Of a DNA stretch of 64,000 nt, positions 1-11,360 are shown piece after piece (the stretch's first letter is position 1; every line of letters begins with the position of its first letter). Location of the stretch: contig NW_019091362.1 of assembly GCF_001949145.1 (NCBI RefSeq), positions 832,427 through 896,426 of the forward strand, in the 5' to 3' direction. Source of the DNA: Acanthaster planci (Eukaryota). A program made the position numbers and the translations under genes. Below the pieces are notes generated by a model, which worked only from the letters and a program-made list of their open reading frames with translations, searched no databases and had not been told where the DNA came from.

Positions 1-1240
1 GTTCACGGCAACAGAACTATTGGTGGCGCTGTTGCATTTGTCGATCATGGATGGTGAACATGGAGCTAGCTAGCTACATGTACATGTATAATTACGTACG
101 TCTGTTGAGTGTGGGTTCGTTCAGCGCAGGTTGTACATGTATGCTACATTCTGATGGGTGACAGTTGGTGATGGTCAAGTGGACGATTCTTTGTCTTACA
201 CAAATGCAGAAACATGGTTGAATGTAAGAAAACTGGGTTTTAAATTACTAAATATAGAGAATGTATTATGAAATTTCTTCTTGCTTTGGTTCGTTTTCAA
301 CGGCGTTTGATCATGTTGATGTGTCTTTCTGCAATTTCATTTTGTTGTTTTGTTTTTGGGTGTTTGTCATGTTTATCCTGCTGTGTATTCCTTCTTCCAT
401 GCTATTTTGTTAGCCTATTAACCACAATGTTTTGCTAATGTATGCACACAGGTTTGTAGGCTTTTGGGGGCTAGATCCCAGAATGAATTAACTGTCCTAC
501 GGTATCTTGTTTGTATGTGGACTTGTCATTGAGAGGATTGATTTCCGAATAAATGTTTTAAAAAATTGCTTGATGTATTCCTACTGTGCTGTGTGGCATA
601 TGATTCTGCAACAAAGAAAGTCCACAACTTGTGCTACTGAGAGCAATCTGCATGACTTCCCTTGGCATTTGTTGGCAATAAACCTGTTTTAGGTTCACAA
701 TGCATCATTGGTTTGGATGACGAACAAGCAAGGCCCTTTGGATGCACAACCCCATAGGAGAAGTGTACCCACAACATGCTAGGCCTTAATGCATTTCCTT
801 TTATCTCACACTCCATCCTCTTTTCACGCATTGTTGTGCTGTAGATTTGAGATAAAGCTATTCATAAAAATAAATCATAATCTTCAAATTTTAAAGACAC
901 GATATCATGGGTGTCTTTAACATTTTTCAAATAGCACCATCCAGTGACTGTCGGGTACTTAAGTGCAACCTTGTTCCCCTGGGTGTGATTTTGCCACACC
1001 GTGTTTGTTCCACCATACCCTTCACAATCTTTGAAGGAACGCACACATAGCCCATGGAGTCGAGGTTGACTAAAGTGACCTTATGATGTCAGTGCCTATG
1101 AGTGCATTAGGAAGCAAACCAGCACGACGAGAGTATCTTTAAAGGTTACCAGAGAAAGAAAATTCTGAGAATCCTTTCCAAGAACATAAGCTTTATCCTG
1201 GACAAAGGGTGTGAATAGTAATGAGCTACCGGTAATACTG

Positions 1241-1287
1241 GCCAATCAGAATCACTTGTACCTCATCATCCTGCATTGACCAATCAT
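1241..1287 (+). promoter_or_regulatory. Two CCAAT boxes (NF-Y-like), putative THAP gene promoter
   Basis: GCCAATCAGA at 1241-1250 and GACCAATCA at 1278-1286, 38 bp apart, just upstream of a putative non-coding first exon ending at a CTG|GTAAGT donor (1405/1406). Confidence 0.45.
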
Positions 1288-1299
1288 GCTCGTTGTCTA

Positions 1300-1405
1300 G
1301 TCGCACCCAACGTGTAGGCGTTGTTCATTGTAAGTCTTCCAGTATTAGTGCTGGCAAATCACTCGTTGCATAGATAGGCAATCTTTTCTTTCACTGTGTA
1401 TCCTG
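1300..1405 (+). other. Putative 5' UTR exon of the THAP gene (intron 1406-1850); 5' end approximate
   Basis: Consensus donor GTAAGT at 1406; polypyrimidine tract plus AG ending at 1850 (TTTTTTCCATTTTATCGAG), 22 nt before the ATG. Confidence 0.4.
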
Positions 1406-1872
1406 GTAAGTAATGAATAGTGCTTTGATCAGATTAACAAACTTAACAAGAAATTTGTAGGTATCGAGGATCATGGTAGAGTGAAATCCCTAGAGACAAA
1501 CGCTGGTGTCCGGTACTCTGTGCATGACATGCATTATCACTGACCTCCCCATTCCTCCAAGATTCATCACCTTGTCTTCAATGACTTTGACTGACTCAAG
1601 ATCCCTACAAGGGCCCTCACGCCATAGCCTTACATTGCATGTGCTGTTCCCCTTTTGTAAACATCTCAAACGATTATTGATAGTACAGCATTTGACTTTA
1701 GGGGCACTTAGAGAACTCCCAGCAAAATGACGGTATCTTGCAGGACGTTAATGTGTTCATTTCACAGCATTAGTAGTTTGGTCTCCCTCATTGACTTAAC
1801 ATGGCTTTTGCACTGTCACTGGTCACATTTGTTTTTTCCATTTTATCGAGGTACAGTAGATGAATTGGCAAC

Positions 1873-2706
1873 ATGAAGTATTGTGCCGTTCCAACATGTA
1901 GCAACACCTCTTACCATTACTACAAATGGAGGTCAGGTAGATGCAGTATCCATGACTGCAATTATGGCACAGGACCTTGCCAATGCGATCCACCGCTCAG
2001 GTTTTTCCCATTTCCGACCAAGAGGGACAAACCGGGCCGGGAGCGGTGGACCAAGTTGATCAATCGCAAGAACCCCAGCGGGGAGACCTGGCAACCAGAC
2101 CCTGCTGGAAGGAGCAGCGTTTGCTCCGAACACTTCCCTGATGGTCAGCCTACAAAACAGAACCCTGATCCCATCCTGAAACTGGGCTACGACCCCCCTG
2201 CAGACTTGATACGGCCTCGATCACCTCCACGGAAAAAGCAGAAAGCGGTGAGTGAATCTGAACCAGGCAAAAGCTGGTCCGTACCACTCCCCACAACTGA
2301 GCCCCAGGTGTTGACAACCTGTCTGCATTCATCAAGTCAGCAGCACCAGGTCCCAGGCACAGGCAAAACGATGACAGCTATCATCCCTCAGACCAAACCT
2401 CGGCCCCGTCCTCCCAAGAGAATGTGCATTGCGTGCCAGAGCATCTCCGAAAATGGCCGTCATATTTTGAGTAACAAAGGAAGGCTGGACTTGCAGGAAT
2501 GTTTGAGGCAGTATCTCAACCTGGAAGTGGAGCAGGGCTGGATGTGTTCAAACTGTGTCCGACAAGTCAAGACCATCGTCAAAAAAGTCAACACTTTCAG
2601 AAGTTCTGTACTGGCTGGAGAGTGCAACCGAGTCTTCAAAGTCTCACCAGTAGCGAAGCGGACTGGAGTAGCCCAGATCAGATCACAGCCTGACACAAAC
2701 AGCGAG
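1873..2706 (+). CDS. THAP domain protein, coding exon 1 (THAP zinc finger, NLS-like PPRKKQK, ZAD-like C4 module)
   Basis: In-frame TGA at 1861 precedes the ATG. THAP signature CAVPTC...FFPFP...RWTKLINR...W...VCSEHF...PDP. C-x2-C-x36-C-x2-C at 2425-2556. Phase-0 donor GAG|GTAAGG at 2706/2707. Confidence 0.88.
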
Positions 2707-3163
2707 GTAAGGCACAGATGCGTATGTTACCACAGTGCAGAGTCCAACACGTTTTCATGTTTGTGGCAATAGTACCCAAAAGGCCTGCACATGTACATCA
2801 AAGTGTTACATAATTAATAACCGGGATACATGTACCTGTCTGGCCATATTATGTTGAAGGCAACTTTCTCTCATTTGCAGAGTTTGATTTGCTGTTTTCT
2901 GACACGAGACCAGTACTTTTTTATTATATTATTATAGTATTTATTTATTATTATATGGTTTTTATTATGACTGAAAAGATCTCTTTACAGTTTGGGGAGA
3001 ATCTGTCCAAAAATCCCTAAACCTTTTGCTCAGATGGCTCAAATGTGAACTGTTCCTTCATCATTAGTATTTGGATTTGGATTACCTTAGCAGAAATTCA
3101 AAACCACAGGGTTTGTACCCATAGGCTGAAATGGACCTGTGAATTGCATCTTCTTTTTTTCAG

Positions 3164-3844
3164 CATCCATCTGGAGAGGCAATCTGTAAGTGTTCCAGAT
3201 TGCTGAAGTCGATGCTTTCAAAACAAAATGTCGGCGAACCACTGGAAAAGACCCGAATCAAGGTCATCTTTCCCAGACAGACTAAAGCTGACACCCCAGA
3301 GTCAGAGACTGAGTCTAGTGAAGATTTTCAAGATTCGTCCAGTTCCGAGGAAGATTTCTGTGAGAATCCCAGAACCAGAACAAGCAGTGCCCAATCTGAC
3401 AAAAACGAAGAGGTACATGTATTTCCAGAAACGTCAGGGCCAAATTCTACACCAGCATCTTTGTTGCTTGAAACCTGTAATCAGTCACCTACTGAAAGTG
3501 AAAAGCATCTTCCAAACCAAAATAATCAAGATAGTGAACCACCAGCAATCTCAAGTGACACTGTGCATTCCACTAACTCACAGCTGCAAACAATCCTTCC
3601 TAGACAAGATTCAAGCTCATCTGATTCATCGCCCATGCCTGTGAGTTCAGCAGGGTCGCTCCAAGATGCGTCAATAATGTTTTGCATCCAACCCACCACC
3701 AGTAGTTCCGGATCGTCAATAACTAGCCCTTCCATACAAATAGCTGCCTCAGCCTCAGATGAGTTCATCTACACAAAAACCCTGAATGAGCTGGCAAAGT
3801 TCATAGCAAGGAAACCACATCAGGAGCATGATTACGCACAGTGA
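3164..3844 (+). CDS. THAP domain protein, coding exon 2 (acidic/Ser-rich region, C-terminal HCF-1-binding motif EHDY)
   Basis: Acceptor TTCTTTTTTTCAG ends at 3163. Phase 0, in frame with the 3200..3844 ORF (HPSGEAICKCSRLLKS...KPHQEHDYAQ*). [D/E]HxY is typical of THAP proteins. Confidence 0.82.
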   Translation, partial: HPSGEAICKCSRLLKSMLSKQNVGEPLEKTRIKVIFPRQTKADTPESETESSEDFQDSSSSEEDFCENPRTRTSSAQSDKNEEVHVFPETSGPNSTPASLLLETCNQSPTESEKHLPNQNNQDSEPPAISSDTVHSTNSQLQTILPRQDSSSSDSSPMPVSSAGSLQDASIMFCIQPTTSSSGSSITSPSIQIAASASDEFIYTKTLNELAKFIARKPHQEHDYAQ

Positions 3845-6658
3845 TGGGGGCAGTGTGACAAATTTGCTGGAAATGAAGCTTGGGGACAGTCCATTTCCGA
3901 TGCCTGGAAAACGTAACAGATAATCTCCACCCTGAATTCGTTCATGTGATTGGAACACTTTACAGCGCTAGATGTTTGTGAATTCAAAAGGTGTCATTGC
4001 AAACTACTGGGGTTTGGCAACCGTAGTCTTTCTGCTGAGCACAGCAAGGGAATAATGTTAGAGACCTAGTCGGCAAGGTCCTACTGCCTTTTCACAGAAT
4101 CTACTTACAGGAATAACTTCTGATAATTTCTTATGTACATGTAAGTTAACTAAGGAATGTTCAATATGTACATGTATGTGTACATTAGCTTGAATGGTGT
4201 GGTGATAACCAGTACTTGGTGCAAAGCCCAAGCAATGACAAGGCTTACTGGTCACATACAGATTACGTGTTCTGTCTTTGGTTTTCTGTTCCTATGTACA
4301 TGTACATGTATCTAGATTGATCTACTGTACATGTACATGAACATGTNNNNNNNNNNNNNNNNNNNNNNNNNNNNNNNNNNNNNNNNNNNNNNNNNNNNNN
4401 NNNNNNNNNNNNNNNNNNNNNNNNNNNNNNNNNNNNNNNNNNNNNNNNNNNNNNNNNNNNNNNNNNNNNNNNNNNNNNNNNNNNNNNNNNNNNNNNNNNN
4501 NNNNNNNNNNNNNNNNNNNNNNNNNNNNNNNNNNNNNNNNNNNNNNNNNNNNNNNNNNNNNNNNNNNNNNNNNNNNNNNNNNNNNNNNNNNNNNNNNNNN
4601 NNNNNNNNNNNNNNNNNNNNNNNNNNNNNNNNNNNNNNNNNNNNNNNNNNNNNNNNNNNNNNNNNNNNNNNNNNNNNNNNNNNNNNNNNNNNNNNNNNNN
4701 NNNNNNNNNNNNNNNNNNNNNNNNNNNNNNNNNNNNNNNNNNNNNNNNNNNNNNNNNNNNNNNNNNNNNNNNNNNNNGGCAGCATCGAGCTGTATACTCC
4801 CCAGGGAGCTGAGATGGTATTTGAAATGTTTCACAGGCCCAGTGAGCAGGGGTAATTATAATGGAAAGCATTTTGATCTATGGTAGTTAAATGTTCCATC
4901 AACCACTTGAGTATTGTGACTTGCCAGTTGCGGTGTAGCTTACAAAATGTAACTGCACATATGTGAGCATGGTGTCACTAGTGCTGTAATGAAGTCTGGT
5001 TAGTCTGTAACTTCTTCAACTATACATGTATGTCCAGGGAAAGTTATTGAACATTGCCAAAAGTGACCAGAATACAAAGGAATGTGTCCTCCACTGAAAG
5101 AGCAACATTGTGTGGTGAGGGAAGGGGCTCCATTTTTGGAGGTCAAGGACAAACAATTGAAGGTTCATACTTTTGAAGGTTCATTTGTTCCTTACTCCAT
5201 GGTTCATTACCAAGTATACCATTCCATATGACTGCAATTCACAAGTTTGCATAAATAGCTTTCATACATACCTGTTGAGTGTTCATGCCTCGCCTGCAGC
5301 CACTTTTGCTATGGGAAAGATTTCAGTTGGGAAACTTTGGATCACATTATGGGGACTTTGGTGTTTTCAACATATACATGTAGTCATTTGCAAAAGCTTA
5401 AAACCACATGAAATTTTAATGGCATTTGTCTCTGGGCCTCCATTATATTGTCTCATTGAATGATTACTTAACATATTTTACAGTGGTGCACAACGTCAGT
5501 GTAGTGCTATATACCCATTTGAATGAATTTCTTTGCAAAGGCAGGTCTTGTATGATATTTTGTCTTTAAGGCAGTCAAAGTAATCAGAAATAAAGGAGGG
5601 CACATTAGACCCTTAACATTTCAAATCATGGAAATGTAGTCAAATGTAGCTGTTTAACCAAGATACTTAGGTTACCCATTGAAAACCATTATAAGTTGCC
5701 ATGATTGATTGGTTTAAGTTTGGTTTTTCTTCAGGTTAATAGAGGATTCCACATAAGGGCCATCTGTGCATATCTGCATCGGAACCGAGGCTCTCTGTGT
5801 GGAACTTTGTCGTGCCAGCCCGTGGAGTCCACATAGTACATGGAGTATCCGGTTCGTAAGTGTGACGCCACTTCAGTTTAAACCACGCCCACTGCACAAG
5901 ATACACGACCATCGCTGGTACATTAGTTAGCCGTCAATTGTCGTTATTTTTTCTTTGGATTTCACGTGTCGAGTCATCCTGAAAGACTCTTCCACAAAAA
6001 TTTGCAGCCTGAAAAGTCTGAATTTAACATACCTTTATGTATTTGTGTCTTGACTCCTTACTTTCAATCGTCTTATCATATTAAGAATTGAAGCTGACAC
6101 ATACAGCCTCGTTTTCAAACGCGGAAGTGCGCAGATCAACGCTAAAAGCGTCACATTGGGATCCATCTATGCATTTTGTATGAGTGGTCCTAAATTTTTT
6201 CAAATGACTGTATGCATGGTTTTCTTGGCATCTGAGAGACTCTCCGTGGGCATAGACTGCATGGTAACAATAGCATAGCAGCTATTGCCTCTATTTCTGC
6301 TTTTTGTCACCATTGAGGAATCAATCTATAACATTCTCATCCCCACCTTAGTCTCTGGGGTGGGGTATTTGACTGGACTTGTACCAGTTTATGTATCACA
6401 AGATTAATCCATTTGGTAAATGGCCCACCCGGGTCAAATGTACGTGTTGAAAAAGAATTTCCAAAGATCTTGTCCCCAGAGCCAAGTCTGAGTGTTTGCA
6501 GATGCATATGCAGACAGGTGTTTCTGCCAGTGGCAGATAGATGCATGTGCAGACAGTTGATGCAGACAGCCAGTAGAATTTCCTTTCCATTTGAAATCTC
6601 CAGACACTGCTGCCCTGTCACATGATTTGGGGCAAGTTCTTGCATAATTGTTGTCCAT

Positions 6659-6827
6659 CCAGTGTGGCGGTCTCCGCTGTCTCCCGGTCTCAGAGGTCCC
6701 CCTTACCAAATATGGTAAAATATGTCATGCCATCTTTGTGCACAACAACGGGAAAGTCATCCGTTTAATGTCCGGCTATTCAGGGGGGACTGCTGAGACC
6801 AGGAGACAGCTGAGACCACCACACTGG
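6659..6827. mobile_element. MITE-like inverted repeat (~45 bp arms)
   Basis: CCAGTGTGGCGGTCTCCGCTGTCTCCCGGTCTCAGAGGTCCCCC pairs with GGGGGACTGCTGAGACCAGGAGACAGCTGAGACCACCACACTGG. Confidence 0.65.
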
Positions 6828-6875
6828 GACATTAAGCACCAGTGTACCTGCTCACACACGTGAGAATGCCACACC

Positions 6876-6881
6876 AATAAA
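6876..6881 (+). terminator. Candidate polyadenylation signal of THAP gene
   Basis: AATAAA on +; another candidate near 5589. Confidence 0.3.
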
Positions 6882-6955
6882 GACTGCAGGTATTCCTGAA
6901 CTGAAAAAAAGAAGTATGACTCTTACAACTCACTGTTTTTATCATAAAGGATTGC

Positions 6956-6961
6956 TTTATT
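6956..6961 (-). terminator. Candidate distal polyadenylation signal of DPP4-like gene
   Basis: TTTATT on + (AATAAA on -) at the end of a long AU-rich stretch below the stop codon; other candidates near 7603, 7766 and 8499. Confidence 0.3.
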
Positions 6962-9900
6962 TCAATCCAGAACCGTGTAAGTATTTGCACATACAAAAGG
7001 TCAAAGACACAGACCGCAACTTAGGACAATGACAATGTTGAATGAAGTAACTGGAAAAAAAAATTAAAATTGTTCACAAGAACAAGTCTTACTCTACATC
7101 CAGTAAAGGGAATTTTGAGATCAGAAGTTTTTGAGGCCAATGACCTGCTTCACAAGTCAAAAAAGGAAAACTTTGTCACGGGCAGTAATTGAAAAGAACT
7201 GTATTATGGGCATTATATTCTCCAAAATGTGTTATGATTTGAATGACTTCTTACAAAAGTGTACATTATTTAATGTGAATTTAGAGACGTTTTTCAAGTT
7301 TATCAATCTTTATCCTTGCTGTAAAAATGTTTCCTTTTTGTTACTCATCTAAGAGATGAACTGTGGCAAAGTTGGTGAACAAAATTATGGACCTTTTTAG
7401 ACGACTTACCTACGTACATACAGATCGGTTGCTGATTATTTTGAAAAGGGGCATTTGCTTCAATATAGTTGTATTAGAAGATAACATGTCTCTGTAATGT
7501 TTTGATTCACTGTTTAAAGTAAAAGAAAGTCAGATATATCTCCAAAATATACTGTACATACAGAAACTGTGTGGAGCTACATTTAAAGAATGTGCATTTG
7601 TATTTATTTCATGTGTATATAAAGAACCCTTGTTGGATAATCATGTCAGCGTCAGAAATTAGTAACTGATTTAAAAAAAAAATTTACAAACAAATCTGTC
7701 ATCACTAAAAAACCCTTGAATGATTGTTTTACATGTTGTCACAACTTTGGCGGAATATGTTTAAATTTATTTAGGAACACAAGCAAGGACACTTTTCAAA
7801 ATTGTTCCCAAGTACCGGTGTGAAGTACGCTACATTCTTCAATTATATTCAGCAGGTGCCTCTGACATGTAGGCAGCATCATTTATAACAATTTGAGTTA
7901 ACAATGGCATGAATCATGGACACGACTGGATGGTAAAATAATAACCAGCATTCTTAATGCTCTTTTTAATAAACTAAATCACGGCGCTTATAAATGGTAA
8001 TCAGTTGAATAATTACTCAAACTTAATACACAGAACAAAGCTGATATAATGAAATTCACTGTTACCTTGTTTTCTAATGAATTGAATGTTATAAGCAAGT
8101 TATATCTAAGGATTTTTAAATTTACCAAGTATTAACCCAACCTTTATAAAGAACTACCTTTCACTTAACCCTTAGAATAAATAGACAAGACGACAAAAGC
8201 ATTGGTTGGTTTTGAACCCACTACCCCGGGATTTTCTAAAAGTAAGTCCTGCTATTGGGCAACTTACTCTTCTGAATCAAATGTGTTTGTATGTTCTATC
8301 ATTTCATACATTACAAAGACAAAAAAACGTGCCCTTTCAAGGAACCATATCGGTCTGTCATCAATGAAATATTTGGGCAATGTAGTTATCTTTGGATTAG
8401 AATATGACACAAAAAGATTTCGGTTGGTTTTGAACCAACAGCCTCTCAGTTCAGAGTCCACATACTAGACTATTATCCCATCTTAAATATGGCACCTGCT
8501 TTATTAACAATACATTTAAGCATGGATAAAAAAATGGGTTGGGTTGATGTGAACCCACAACCTCTCAATATAACACTCCAATTTTCTTTCATTTTTTGAT
8601 ATTAGTACATGTATTTTGCAACTGTTCCAAATACTGGTGGGTGTTTGGAGATACATGTTATATGAATTTGCTGCAGGATTTTTTTGTAGAAAATGATCCC
8701 AATGTACATGTACTATAATCGCTTGTCCACAATTATATTAACATGCACATAGATTCAACCATACAAGTAAAAAATATCAAAAAATAAAACATTTGTTGAT
8801 ATACATGAATTGGAATAGAACTTTCAGGTTACATTTAACAAACCTCTTGAATTTTTGGATGTTATACACTGAAATATAATGAGCCTATGGTATTTAACTG
8901 ACACTGGGCCGAGGCATAGTATAAATAACACCGACACAAAAAGATGAGGAAAGTCTCCACAGCATTTCACAACTTGATCAAATATAAAACAAAAACATTT
9001 CCAGATAACTTTAGTACGTTTGAGTGATTTGTAAAACTAAACTTTTGTCACGATGCATCGGGACACAACAAATGAGAATGGTTTCTGTGTAACTTTACAG
9101 TGATTGGCAAGTGAAAATCTCTTGCACTGGTTCTCACACACCGTTCACGTTTATATTTAAGAATATTCACAAACCAATGAAGGTGAGATTTGGCCAAGCA
9201 ACAAGAGTTTAGACTGGCTTTCTGACATTTTGTTTGCATTTTTACCACTAGCTGTGAATGGACCAATTACTTATCTTTAGCTAGTTTCATTAAACTTACT
9301 TGGTACATGTACATCAGGTCACCTTCATCACAAAGGAGCTTTTGGGGTTCTAAACTAAGAAATAGTTTCTGGGTACTTAAAATTTATAAAACAAACAAAC
9401 CACTTCAACCAATTTTTAAAAAACAAAATAAACCATAATTTGATAAACTTTAATTCTTGTGCTTTTTAGCATAAAAATGGTCATGCATACAGGCAATATG
9501 TACAGTTCATAAAGTACAAATATATCATACACTTTGTACAGCCGGAATGTTACAAATTAATTTAACAGCAGAAGAAAAAACATTTTAACAGGACTCGGTG
9601 TTCAGTTACAGTATTTGTAGAACCAGAAAATATGTAAAAGGCATTTTGAAGAACTATCAACGCAATGCCCCTCAAAATGGAAGTTCTGTTGAAGTGAAAG
9701 AGAATTTAATGACAGCTTTGCTCATTTCAAGTTTGCAAGAATTTGAGAAAGCACACAACAAAAGAGCCAGTTCAATCACAGCGGTGATAGTCCAACGGTG
9801 TCTAAATCTACTTGCTGTGGCAAAAAATCTGACACATATATATCTATGGCGTTGGCTACAGCCATTTCTCATAGACATGTGCTACTCCTAGCTGCAGCCA

Positions 9901-11231
9901 GTTGATTTACACAGAACCGAAAACTATGGCTGGGATTGAAAGTATCACACTTGCATCAGTGAAAAGCCACTGGCTGTGGCTGTTTCACATAGGCACAGGT
10001 GGTACTCTCAGCCACAACCAGTTGATTTAGACGAAACGAGGCTGGGAAAAACATGTGCATTAATGGAAAGCCACTAGCTAACTAGCCATGAGTATAAAAC
10101 TAAAAGAATAATTTACAAAATATAAAAACAAAAGTCAGACAAACACTATAATAAAACCTACTGAATGCTTCATTTCAATGCCCCTAAATAAAACAAAATG
10201 TGCACTTTAACACAAAGGGTCTTGTCAATCAAGCATGAACTTTCTGCAAACTTTGGCTGCCCACACAAAATGGATTGATTGCTCTACTGACCTCTGACAT
10301 TCTGTTCATTTGCATATGCACCAGTGCACAAAGAGGTAGTCCCGCCTGTATGTATACTTCTGAACAAGGCCACTTAACTCCAGAGAAATTAGGACTCTCA
10401 GCGAACACTAGGAGTTCAGAGGGTTTGAGGGCAGTACCATCCTTATAAACACGAACGCCAGGAGACCGAGGTCTAAATCCTGGCTGCTTTACTTCTCCAT
10501 CCACGACACTTCAAAATTTGCATGTGGGGGGAAAAGTAATGACTTGATTTAGAGTATGCTGAAGTTACGGTAGAGATTTCTGTTCAAAATTCATCATGCC
10601 TCAGCACAAGAAAGCTGCTTTGAGTCTTGACATGCTTTTGTGGGGTCAATATGTAGAACAGTTGAGCTTTAAGTATTGCAAAATGGACTGGGAACCAGTC
10701 AAAAGAAAAACACACTGCATGATGTTTTAGCTGGTTACCCTTCATTATTTTCAGCATTCAGAATTGCTGTGCTTAGTTGCTTCGTAAACTTGGCCCCTCA
10801 CTAACAAACCTTGGGGTGAAGAGAACAAAATTTCTTCCCAGGTGTAACGTAAAGCCAGAAAATTAAGCCCTGCTGTTGCATGCTGTTACTGGAGGACTTT
10901 AAAGAAGACAACCTCCAGTTAGAGGTTGTGTTTTCACAACATCAGCAAAGTAGGCCTCAGATTGGACAGGGCATTAGGAACTTCATAAAAGCCCTTCACA
11001 ACAGCTGCAAAATGCAGTATTCCATTGATGAAGTCCAGTATGTCCAGGGTGTGCTTAATATGACTGTCAACGGTGCTGTATTATATTTCCAGTTTTTTGT
11101 CAGGCGCTGTTAAATTTTCCCCAGCGAACTTCCAGACTATCCATGGACATTCAAGCCTCAATTCAAAATATACAAGGAGGAGAAGCGACATGTAAACAGA
11201 GCGTAGAGAGGGAGCCTGCAACGATCTCTGT

Positions 11232-11360
11232 TCACGATGCGTGCAGTTCTGTGTTCTGGTACATCTTTTCTATGCTCGTGTTCACGAAGGCTGACATGAT
11301 GTCGAAGAGGTGGCGCTCCACATGGGGGTCATCCAAAAAGTGTCGCTGGTCGGGATAGAA
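11232..11360 (-). CDS. DPP4-like last exon, catalytic His (FYPDQRHFLDDPHVERHLFDIMSAFVNTSIEKMYQNTELHAS*)
   Basis: GGCAG acceptor, phase 0, TGA at 11234-11232. Confidence 0.9.
   Translation of the reverse strand, partial: FYPDQRHFLDDPHVERHLFDIMSAFVNTSIEKMYQNTELHAS

Noticed and set aside
16..35. CTCF-like motif CTATTGGTGGCGCTGTT
   Set aside because: Partial match at the window edge with no supporting context
2707..2772. C-terminal 21 aa of the 299-aa ORF
   Set aside because: Lies past a consensus donor; better explained as intron read-through
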